Source: Candidatus Poribacteria bacterium (GTDB lineage: Bacteria > Poribacteria > WGA-4E > WGA-3G). Taken from it: a DNA stretch of 64,000 bases. Of the stretch, positions 39,855-49,900 are shown in pieces. Location: positions 640,001 through 704,000 of the forward strand of contig CBDANF010000002.1 of NCBI GenBank assembly GCA_965197475.1. Direction: 5' to 3'. Within the stretch, counting starts at the first letter, position 1, and each line of letters starts with the position of its first letter. The notes below the pieces were generated by a model. It searched no databases. It saw nothing but the letters and a program-made list of their open reading frames with translations, and was not told the origin of the DNA. Both the position numbers and the translations under genes were made by a program.

Positions 39855-42800
39855 ATGAAAAAGAGACTGTTAATCATACTGAGTTTGTTGTTAGTTTCTA
39901 CTACTTTCCTACCGAACGGTTTTGCGCAAGACTTCAACCGATGGGGTTTACCTGAAGGTGCAATAGCACGTTTGGGTAAAGGGTGGATAACGGATATGGC
40001 GTTTTCACCTGACAGAAACCAACTCGCAGTGGCGTGTTCTATCGGTATATGGCTTTACAATGTGCGCACTGGCACCGAGGAAGCCTTCCTAAAGGGACAT
40101 ACAGAACTGGTCAATTCGGTTGCTTATTCTCCAGATGGGAAAATCCTTGCAAGTGGTAGTAATGATTGGACGATTCGAATTTGGGATGTGGATAAACGAA
40201 AGCATATTAAGACACTTGAAGGTCATACGGGTAAGGTTAATTCTGTAGCGTATTCGCAGGATGGAGAGACCATTGTAAGTGGAAGTGATGATGGAATTCG
40301 GGTTTGGAATGTTGAAAACTGGAATGATAAGATACTTTATAGAAGTGAGAATGCTGGCATAGTTAACATGATGTATTCACCTGATGAAAAAACACTTACC
40401 AGTTTAAGTAAAAACGGCAAAATAGAATCATGGGATTTAACAAGTGGTGAGAAGCAATGGACTATATTAGGGTATAAAAAATCAAGAAAACTCAAATCAC
40501 TGCTACAGAATGTTATTAAATTAAGTTCATATTCACTTGATGGTAAGACATTTGCCAATTGGTCTGGTGTAGAAATGCGTTTGTATAACGTAGTCAAAGG
40601 TAATTTGGAACTTCTCTTTAAAAAATCTGAAATATCTGTTTATTCGTTAGCATTTTCTCCAAATGGCAGCACAATTGTCACTGGAAGTGATGATGGTACA
40701 ATTAGTATATGGAATACGAAGAATGGAGAGCATAAACGAACTCTTCCTGGACATTCAGGTATGGTGACATCTGTGGCATATTCCCCGGACGGTAACATTG
40801 TCGCCAGTGCAAGTTTAGATGGGACGATTCGTCTGTGGGGTGCAGTGGGCGGATTGCCAAAACGAACTTTTACGGGACATACCCGTAATTTCGATCTCCT
40901 TGCATATTCGCCAAACGGGAAAACACTTGCAAGCAGGACCAAGAACGGTAACATTTTTGTATGGGATGCCAAGACATTTAAATACAAGTTTACACTTGCT
41001 GTCCATACAAATTACAAAGATGTTCTCCGGACTGCTGAAAGGCGTAATAGGGGGACCAATACCGAAAGAATAAACGTTCCACTTGCCTATTCTCCGGATG
41101 GGACTACACTTGCAACTGCAGATATGAACAATACCATACGTTTATGGGACACAGAAAACGGTAAACTTAAACTGACTTTTAAGGCAAAAAATGATGAAGA
41201 ACAACCGCCCGATCAGAATAATCGTGTTCGCCGTCCATATACTATCACCTCGTTAGCATATTCTATAGATGGAAAGACACTTGTGGGTGGTAGTAGAGAT
41301 GGTAAGATTCAATTCTGGGACCTTGAACGTGAAGGGCATCAACAAACGTTTGCAGAGCAGAGATTTCCTGTAATTTTCTTAGGGTATCCCTTGAATGATA
41401 GGATAATTACAAGCGAGATGGTTTCAGAAATAAATATTTGGGATGTTCCGAAACAACAACTTATCCGAACAATTAACATACAACAAATAAGGGGTGGAAG
41501 GGGCGGCATAAATTCCATTTCATTTTCTCCAGATGGCAAGACGGTTGCAGATGCAAATGATGATAATAAAATATTTCTTTGGAATACTGAAACTGGAACA
41601 CTTCAACAAAAAATTTCTGTACATACAGATAAGGTTTCTTCAATTGCTTATTCACCAGACGGTAGTACGCTTGCAAGTGCAGGTGATGATAATTACATTC
41701 GTTTGTGGGATGCGGGGACTGGACAGTATAAGCGGACACTTACCGGACATTTGGGCAGTGTCACTTCAGTCGCCTTTTCTCCTGACGGGAAAACATTAGC
41801 AAGCACAAGCGATGACGGGACGATTTTGCTGTGGGATATTGCACATGTAAAGCAGGGCAATGAATCAAAACCCGCACATGAAAAATGGACAGATATATCG
41901 CAATGGAATTTGCCGGACGAGGCATCAGCACGGCTTGGAAAAGGTTTAGTAAAAGATATTGCGTATTCACCAGACGGTAACCACTTAGCAGTGGCAAGCA
42001 GTATAGGCACATGGATCTATGATATTCGCACGGGTGCCGAACGCGCCTTGTTCCCAGGACCTATGGCATCAATTGAGCAGATATCATATTCACCTGATGG
42101 TAGAATACTTGCGGGGAGAAATTCTCGTGAGATTTATTCGCTTGATGCAGTAACCGGCAAATATTTGCATACTATATCTTTGAATTCAGTCCATTCTGGT
42201 TCTGGACGTAGGACATTTATGTATTCACGTGATGGAAGCAAGCTTGTAAGTTGGGGGCATGGTGGTAGTGTACAATTGTGGGATGCCATAACTGGTCAAC
42301 ACAGACACACAATTGAGGGGACGAGTAATAGTTATTGTTTTGCGTTTTCTCCAGATGGTTCAACGATCGCATACAGCATACGCGCTATGCCAGAAATCAG
42401 CAATAAAGTGCATCTGTGGGATGGGACTACTTCAAAACACAAGAAAACTTTAACCGGACACAAGCATGGGGTTGAATCCATTATATGGGCACCAAATGGA
42501 AAAACCATAGCAAGTCTAAGTAAGCCAAATGGTTGGTCGCCCGGTTCAAGTAAAATAGATATCCAATTGTGGGATGCAGAAACAGGCAATCTTAAACACA
42601 CACTGACTTATGATGAATATGTCAGTTTAGTTACATATTCTCCTGATGGTAAGACCTTAGCTGTTGGATCAGATATGCTTATTTACTTATATGATGTTTT
42701 AAGTGGAAAACTCAAACATAAACTTTTGGGGTATGCCCCATTTGTGTTTTCACCAGATGGAAAAACAATTGCAGTTGATGGTTATATCAACACTATCAGT

Positions 42801-43838
42801 TTGTGGGATGCAGTATCTGGCAGACCCTTGCAGGCGTTCAATGGACCATTAGCAGTCACTTCACTACTATACTCACCTGACGGCACCACGCTCACAGGTG
42901 CGAATGAACACAGTATGGTTTGTGTTTGGGATGTAGACACTGCAAAACTAAAACATACTTTTGAGCATTCTGGTGATATCAGAGCTTTGGCATATTCCCC
43001 AGATAGGAAGACATTGGCATCTGGTGGGAGTGACAGTATGATCCGTCTGTGGGATGTCGCTTCAAGGACCCAAAAACTAAAATTGAATGGACCCGACTAT
43101 ATTGAGACAATGACATATTCACCTGATGGGACTACAATAGCAGCTAATGGTGAGTATAACACAGTCCTATTATTGGATGTATCAAGTGGAAACCAAAAAC
43201 AGAAATTTAAACTTGATATGCCGCATCATATTGTCCGCTCAATTGCGTATTCCCCCGATGGGAAGACATTAGCCACCTCAGGACCAGAAAATACAATTGA
43301 ATTGTGGGATGTAATGACAGGAACACTTAAAAAAATACTTACTGGACATACCAAATATGTGCGGTCGGTAGCCTATTCACCAGACGGTAAAACAATAGCG
43401 AGTGGAAGTTCAGACACAAATATTCGATTGTGGGATGCATCCACAGGCGAGCATAAACTTACGCTATCTAATAATACGCATGCTGGGTCTAAAGTGGTGT
43501 TTTCCCCAGATGGTCAGACGTTAGCCAGTACGGGTGATCACAGCAAAATTCATTTGTGGGATTTAGAGACAGGACAACTCAAATCTATACTCAAACACGG
43601 TGCAAATTCTGTAGCATATTCCCCAGATGGTGTGATATTAGCAAGTAGTGCAGGAGGTTCCATTCATTTATGGAATCCACATACTGGTAAACTGAAAAAG
43701 GTATTTTACGGACATTTTAATTATCACAATGTGAATTCGTTAGTTTTTTCACCAGATGGAAAAACGCTTGCAAGCGGTAGTAGTGATGGAACAATCCTAA
43801 TGTGGGATATAACAGAATTCAAAAATACAACTGATTAG
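39855..43838 (+). CDS. Large secreted WD40 repeat protein built from two tandem modules
   Basis: Signal peptide; more than 20 YSPDG/WD repeats; leader WxLPxxAxARLGKG occurs twice. Confidence 0.92.
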   Translation: MKKRLLIILSLLLVSTTFLPNGFAQDFNRWGLPEGAIARLGKGWITDMAFSPDRNQLAVACSIGIWLYNVRTGTEEAFLKGHTELVNSVAYSPDGKILASGSNDWTIRIWDVDKRKHIKTLEGHTGKVNSVAYSQDGETIVSGSDDGIRVWNVENWNDKILYRSENAGIVNMMYSPDEKTLTSLSKNGKIESWDLTSGEKQWTILGYKKSRKLKSLLQNVIKLSSYSLDGKTFANWSGVEMRLYNVVKGNLELLFKKSEISVYSLAFSPNGSTIVTGSDDGTISIWNTKNGEHKRTLPGHSGMVTSVAYSPDGNIVASASLDGTIRLWGAVGGLPKRTFTGHTRNFDLLAYSPNGKTLASRTKNGNIFVWDAKTFKYKFTLAVHTNYKDVLRTAERRNRGTNTERINVPLAYSPDGTTLATADMNNTIRLWDTENGKLKLTFKAKNDEEQPPDQNNRVRRPYTITSLAYSIDGKTLVGGSRDGKIQFWDLEREGHQQTFAEQRFPVIFLGYPLNDRIITSEMVSEINIWDVPKQQLIRTINIQQIRGGRGGINSISFSPDGKTVADANDDNKIFLWNTETGTLQQKISVHTDKVSSIAYSPDGSTLASAGDDNYIRLWDAGTGQYKRTLTGHLGSVTSVAFSPDGKTLASTSDDGTILLWDIAHVKQGNESKPAHEKWTDISQWNLPDEASARLGKGLVKDIAYSPDGNHLAVASSIGTWIYDIRTGAERALFPGPMASIEQISYSPDGRILAGRNSREIYSLDAVTGKYLHTISLNSVHSGSGRRTFMYSRDGSKLVSWGHGGSVQLWDAITGQHRHTIEGTSNSYCFAFSPDGSTIAYSIRAMPEISNKVHLWDGTTSKHKKTLTGHKHGVESIIWAPNGKTIASLSKPNGWSPGSSKIDIQLWDAETGNLKHTLTYDEYVSLVTYSPDGKTLAVGSDMLIYLYDVLSGKLKHKLLGYAPFVFSPDGKTIAVDGYINTISLWDAVSGRPLQAFNGPLAVTSLLYSPDGTTLTGANEHSMVCVWDVDTAKLKHTFEHSGDIRALAYSPDRKTLASGGSDSMIRLWDVASRTQKLKLNGPDYIETMTYSPDGTTIAANGEYNTVLLLDVSSGNQKQKFKLDMPHHIVRSIAYSPDGKTLATSGPENTIELWDVMTGTLKKILTGHTKYVRSVAYSPDGKTIASGSSDTNIRLWDASTGEHKLTLSNNTHAGSKVVFSPDGQTLASTGDHSKIHLWDLETGQLKSILKHGANSVAYSPDGVILASSAGGSIHLWNPHTGKLKKVFYGHFNYHNVNSLVFSPDGKTLASGSSDGTILMWDITEFKNTTD

Positions 43839-43964
43839 TCTGCTCTATTCAATTTTTAGTGTCGCTGAGTTCTAAATAAGCGTCTATCAGTGATGCCTTA
43901 AAATCACAAGTTTACTATAAATTCTTAATTTCTATAGAGGTGTGAAACCTCCTGAAAGAAAAGC

Positions 43965-44729
43965 ATGTTTATTGATTCACACGCACATATACAACTCTCC
44001 CAATTTGATAGCGATCGAACCGCTGTGTTGAAGCGCGCGAAGGACGCTGGTGTCTTTAACATTCTTGTCATTGGGATTGATGTGGAAACCAGTTTTGATG
44101 CAATTAAATTGGCTGAGAGATACGACAACGTCTATGCTACCGTCGGGATGCATCCACACAATGCGAAGCAAATGAATTCTGATGCATACCACTACTTTTT
44201 TGACCTCACGAGACATCCGAAAGTGGTTGCCCTTGGTGAGATGGGGTTAGACTACTACCGCAACCAAGCACCACGCACAGTGCAGAAAAAGGCGTTTGAA
44301 AGACAGTTAGACATCGCTGAAGAATTTGATTTTCCTATCATCATCCACAACCGTGATGCCTATGAGGATATTCTACCTATCTTAGAGGAACGGGATGTAG
44401 GGCAAAACTGCGTGATGCACTGTTTTACGGGTGATTTAGACTTGATGCATAAATGCCTTGAGCTTGAGTTTTACATCGGCATCGGGGGAATTGTCACATA
44501 TCCAAATGCCAAAGATGTGCAAGCCGTGGCGAAAGAAGTGCCACTGGAACGCCTATTAATCGAAACCGATTGTCCGTGGTTAGCACCACAATTCCGACGT
44601 GGTAAACGCAACGAACCTGCTTATGTCCGTGCAGTTGCAGAAAAGATAGCTGAACTAAGAGGCACTACCGTAGAAGCAATTGGTGAAATAACGACAAAGA
44701 ATTTTGATACGTTGTTCGCACCTGATTAA
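43965..44729 (+). CDS. tatD: TatD family nuclease
   Basis: DSHAH, GMHP, GEMGLDY, IIHNRDA, MHCF, ETDCP, RNEP. Confidence 0.92.
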   Translation: MFIDSHAHIQLSQFDSDRTAVLKRAKDAGVFNILVIGIDVETSFDAIKLAERYDNVYATVGMHPHNAKQMNSDAYHYFFDLTRHPKVVALGEMGLDYYRNQAPRTVQKKAFERQLDIAEEFDFPIIIHNRDAYEDILPILEERDVGQNCVMHCFTGDLDLMHKCLELEFYIGIGGIVTYPNAKDVQAVAKEVPLERLLIETDCPWLAPQFRRGKRNEPAYVRAVAEKIAELRGTTVEAIGEITTKNFDTLFAPD

Positions 44730-44752
44730 TCAGAAAGACAAAACTATCAAGT

Positions 44753-45862
44753 ATGAAGCATCTGAATCTTCGTATGTATGCAATGGTGCTCGTTCTCGTC
44801 AGTGTCTGGGTGATTTTTACACTACTGACCAGCGGCACCTTCCTCAGCACTCGGAATCTCTCTAATCTTTCCCGTCAAGCTGCTGTCTCTGCTATCCTCG
44901 CTGTCGGTATGACGTTCGTCATCGTCTCCGCCAACATTGACCTATCTGTCGGCTACGGTGCTGGGTTGCTCGGTGCTATTACTGCAATTCTGCACGTTCG
45001 GTGGGAACAGCCGATAATCCTGACACTCCTCGCCGTTGTCTGCATCGGTATTCTGATAGGATTGATACAAGGCTATCTCGTGGCGTATCAGCGCATTCCA
45101 GCGTTTATTGTCACTCTTGGAGGATTTTTGGTCTACCGTGGCTTGATGTTAGCCTTTACAAAAGGCGAAACTATCCTCCTAAACGATAATTGGTTAAAAG
45201 CCATTGGCAACGCCTACCTTCCACGGACCATCGGATGGGGTATTATGGTTGTTGGACTTGGTGTGAGCGGATATGTGTTTTTCCGTCAACTCTCAAATTC
45301 GGAGTCGGCGCGCACCCTCAAAGCATATTTACCCATAATTTTTAAAATAATTGGGACGTGGGGCTGCATTATCGTATTCGTCACTGTGATGAATATTTAT
45401 AAAGGAATTCCACTGTCAGTGTGTATTCTGTTCGGGTTGGCATTTGTGTTCCACTTCATTGCGAACCATACCCGTTTTGGAAGGTATGTTTATGCTGTTG
45501 GTGGCAATGCCGAAGCAGCATATCTCTCCGGTATCAATGTCCGCGGAATCACGTTGCGGGTGTTTGCAACAATGGGTGCATTAATGGCAATCGCTGGCAT
45601 TGTAATGACAGCGCGCGTCGGGAGTGCAACTTCAGAAGCCGGACGTTTGCTTGAGTTAGATGCAATTGCGGCGTGTGTTATCGGCGGTGCCAGTTTAATG
45701 GGTGGACGCGGCAGCATTTTCGGTGCTATCTTAGGTGCGTTCGTCATGGAAAGCCTTAACAACGGAATGAGCATGGCAAACATGGCAATCGCTTGGCAAG
45801 ATATTATCAAAGGTCTTGTCCTTGTTGCAGCTGTTGGCTTTGATATGGCATCACGAAAATAA
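44753..45862 (+). CDS. Monosaccharide ABC transporter permease (XylH/GguB-like)
   Basis: IDLSVG, IPAFIVTLGG, GRYVYAVGGNAEAA, ELDAIAACVIGG. Confidence 0.9.
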   Translation: MKHLNLRMYAMVLVLVSVWVIFTLLTSGTFLSTRNLSNLSRQAAVSAILAVGMTFVIVSANIDLSVGYGAGLLGAITAILHVRWEQPIILTLLAVVCIGILIGLIQGYLVAYQRIPAFIVTLGGFLVYRGLMLAFTKGETILLNDNWLKAIGNAYLPRTIGWGIMVVGLGVSGYVFFRQLSNSESARTLKAYLPIIFKIIGTWGCIIVFVTVMNIYKGIPLSVCILFGLAFVFHFIANHTRFGRYVYAVGGNAEAAYLSGINVRGITLRVFATMGALMAIAGIVMTARVGSATSEAGRLLELDAIAACVIGGASLMGGRGSIFGAILGAFVMESLNNGMSMANMAIAWQDIIKGLVLVAAVGFDMASRK

Positions 45863-46014
45863 TTTTTCATGCTGAATTATTGGATTATTTGTATTGTGAT
45901 TTAGATGGAATTGCGTAAATAACGATCTTCGACGAATCTCAAAAACAGTGTGGACACTTCTAAACATCAACAAATCTATTCCTTTGTTATCAAGGCTTAG
46001 AGGAGGGATTTAAG

Positions 46015-46326
46015 TTGGATAGCCAAACAGTTCTTAGCAAACACTTCATCAAACAGAAACTCTTAGACAATCGGGATACACTGAAAAAGTATGGTGTCAA
46101 ACAGATTGGGTTGTCCGGATCCTACGTGAACGGGACTGCACATGCCTCAAGTGACATTGATCTACTTGTTGAATTAGAAAGGTTGACTTTTCACGACTAT
46201 ATGGGATTGACTCTTTACCTTGAAGATCTGTTTGAGAAAAAGGTTGATCTTGTCACCGCTAAATCGATTAAACCGCACCTGAAACCACATATAGAAAAAG
46301 AGGTGGAATATGTCACGGGCCTATGA
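46015..46326 (+). CDS. Minimal nucleotidyltransferase (MNT) antitoxin
   Basis: GSY...SDIDLLV, KVDLV; overlaps the HEPN gene. Confidence 0.88.
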   Translation: MDSQTVLSKHFIKQKLLDNRDTLKKYGVKQIGLSGSYVNGTAHASSDIDLLVELERLTFHDYMGLTLYLEDLFEKKVDLVTAKSIKPHLKPHIEKEVEYVTGL

Positions 46327-46627
46327 CGTATATTTCCAAGATATAATAGAAGCGATCAACCGTATTGAGTCGTATGTTCAAAGCACTACTCGCTTCCAGT
46401 TTGAAATCGATCGGATGCGATATGATGCAGTCGTCCGTAACCTTGAGATAATAGGTGAAGCAGTCAAGCGGATTCCCGACTTGATTCGGGAGAGTTACCC
46501 AAGTGTTGCTTGGCGAAAGATAGCAGGTTTAAGAGACAGACTGATTCATGCATACTTTGATATTGACACCGACATTATCTGGGATGTGGTGCAATCGGAA
46601 CTCCCGATTTTGAAGAGCGAAGTTTAG
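46310..46627 (+). CDS. HEPN (DUF86) RNase toxin
   Basis: DAVVRNLEIIGEA, RDRLIHAY (Rx4H), IIWDVV. Confidence 0.88.
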   Translation: MSRAYDVYFQDIIEAINRIESYVQSTTRFQFEIDRMRYDAVVRNLEIIGEAVKRIPDLIRESYPSVAWRKIAGLRDRLIHAYFDIDTDIIWDVVQSELPILKSEV

Positions 46628-46937
46628 CGTATTCTTGATGAGCATAGCAGATAATTATATTGATTTGTAAACAAGGTTTGTAACCACACCATCCAAAAGA
46701 AAACCCTCTTATCCGATTGATTAATATCTTGCATCCGTCTTCACTTTTCCAGTGTTATTTATGCTTTTACACTAAGTCACTTCATTAATCTCCTAACTTC
46801 AAACAATTAAGAATATCTCAATAAGATTTGAGTGTTCAATAAAATTAATTCCAAAACCGAAATTTTCTGTCATTTTTTTAAACCGTTTTCCCAAATTTCC
46901 CCCTCTTTATAACTGAAATCTAATTGGGAACCTACTC

Positions 46938-49900
46938 ATGCACTACAATTTTGTCACTCCAAACAATCTGACAGATGAAGAACTGGTTCGACTTGTCCAA
47001 AGTCGCGATGAAGCAGCATTCGCGGAATTAATGTCTCGTTATAGTCCACGAATCTGGAACGTGGTTGTCGAAAATTCAAGACAACGTCGGGATGCGGAAG
47101 AGATTCTTATGGACATCTGGATGGTTGTATGGGATAACATTATCGGTTTACGAAAAGCGGAAAGTTTTAGCGGATGGTTACGGCGAATAGCCTACACCGC
47201 TTGCAACAGATACTACGGTTCTGGATCGCATCGGCATAGTGAAATTATACTGAGTTACGAAGATTTAGCTTTTCAGATTGATAGAGAAGCTGAGCAGCGT
47301 TTTCAGGATGTGAGGCTTCGATCAGATGCAAGAGAGGCTGTGCATAACCTTCCACAAAGGGTCCGTTCTGTAGCAATATTGTACTATCTCGAACTATGGA
47401 ATGTTAAAGAAATTGCAGAAGAACTCAACTTACCGATCGGCACAGTCAAGACGAAGCTAAGTGAAATAAGACACCTTTTACGCCAAGAGTTTGAGGTGGA
47501 ACCTACAAGGGGGAAAACGATGTCACAGGAACAGGAAAAATCTGAAAGTTTACGAACCAAATTTAAAGTTATAGGAATCGGTGGAGCGGGTTGCAATGTT
47601 GTTAAACACATGATAGAAGACGGTTTGGCAGACATTGAATTCTGTGCTGTTGATACAGACACGGAAACACTTAGTGCATGCCACGGTGCAACACAAGTGC
47701 AAATAGGTGTCAACACCGTTCAAGGACAAAGCACGGACGGGAGTCTGGAACTGGGAAGAAGAGCTGCTGCGGAAAGCATAGATGAACTTCGATCTATCGT
47801 CTCAGATGCCAAGATGGTTATCGTTATCGCTGGCATGGGTGGTGGAACGGGCACTGGTGTCGCTCCGGTGGTTGCATCTCTGGCACGAGAACATGGCGCA
47901 TTAACAGTTTGCTTTGTAACCCGTCCGTTCGATTCTGAAGGAGAACACCGTTCAGAACAGGCAGGATACGGAGTGCGGGAACTGCAAAGCGGTACACACC
48001 CACGGGCAGATGCTCTCATCGTTGTGCCTAACCAACGGATATTGGACTTGATCGACCGAGAATTACCGATGCAAGAAGCGTTTCAACAAAGCGATGAAAT
48101 CCTGCTACACGGTATTAAAAACATTACAGATCTCCTTGTAGAAATGGGCGAAATAAGCATTAACTTTGATGATATTCAGGAAACGCTGCGCGACCAAGGG
48201 ACTGTCCTGATGGGTATCGGAAAAGCAACAGGTGAAAATAGGGCAACAATTGCAGCAAAGAACGCTATCTCCTCACCCTTGCTTGAAGGGAACAGCATTG
48301 CCGGTGCTGTTGGAATGATTATAAATATCGCTTCTCCACCAGATTTCACTATGCAGGAATTGGACCAAGCCATGAAAGTAATTTGTAAAACATGTGAAAA
48401 TGCCCAACCCCTCTTCGGATTAATCTTCAAAGATGAAATGGGAGCTAGCGATGAAGTCTTGGTGACTGTAATGGCAAGCGGGTTTGAGTCACAAAGTGAT
48501 CAGACACCACCGATTTCTTCCAGCAAGGGCGGCGACACTCCCAGACAAGACAGTGTTATTTCACCTTCAACCGCTTCAGAATTTGTTCATCTACACAATC
48601 ACAGTGAATATAGCCTGTTGGACGGTGCGTGCCGAATCCCGGATATGGTGCAGTGGGCAATTGAGAACAGTTCGCCTGCTGTCGCACTTACCGACCACGG
48701 TAATATGTTCGGTGCATGGGAATTTTACAACACTGCCAAAGCAGCAGGTGTGAACCCAATTGTTGGATGTGAAGTGTATGTCGAAACAGAAAACACAAGA
48801 ACAGATGGGAATTGCCAATGTTCACCGTCCCATCTCACCCTGCTCGCAGAGGACGCTACAGGCTATCACAATCTCTTAGAATTAACATCACTCGGATATA
48901 CGCAAGGTTTCCACAGTAAACCCCGTATCAATCTGGAAATGCTGCGTGAAAATCATGGTGGTATAATAGCATTGACAGGATGCATCAACGGATTAGTCCC
49001 AAAGTTAATCTGTTCTGATCAAAGAGACGAAGCGGTTCGCAACCTCTTGCAATTGAGAGACATCATGGGAGCAGACAACCTATTTGTCGAAATTCAAAAC
49101 CACTATATTGATGAGGAATTGGCAGCATATCCGGTGATGGTGGAATTTGCAAATGAGTTCAATCTCCCTATTGTCGGCACAAACGATTGTCACTATCTCC
49201 GAAAATCCGACCACCGTATGCACGAGATCCTTCTCTGTATCCAGAGAAAGAAAACCGTCAATGACCCTGAACGGATGCGGTTTGACAATCATTTCTATTT
49301 TAAGAATGTTGACGAAATGCGCGTGGTGCTTAAGGATTATCCACCCGAAGCGATCATCAATACTGTTGAAATTGCCAACCGGTGTAATCTGAGACTTGAT
49401 TACGGCAAAAGTATGATACCTGAATTTGAAGTGCCAGAAGGACATACCAACGACAGTTATCTGAAAGAACTTTGCTATGACGGTTTGCGACAAAAATATG
49501 GGGGACATCTTTCCGAACCGATTCGCAAGCGGTTGGAGTACGAACTTGACATTATCCAACAAACCGGCCACGCTAGCTATTTCCTAATTGTTGCGGATTA
49601 CGTCAGCTATGCGAACAAACAGGGATATCTACTCTCTGCTCGTGGTTCTGCTGCTGGTAGTCTTGTGCTTTATGCGCTCAGTGTAATTAATTTCAATCCG
49701 ATGGAACATGGATGTCTGTTTGAAAGATTTTTAAACCTTGACAGGATGAATCCTCCAGACATTGATATAGATTTCGCTGATCATGCACGTGATGATGTGA
49801 TCAATTACCTTGTGAGAAAATACGGTCATGATTCTGTCGGTAAAGTTGCTACCTTTGCTACGTTAGGGGCAAAAGCTGCTATCAAAGATGTCGGACGTGC

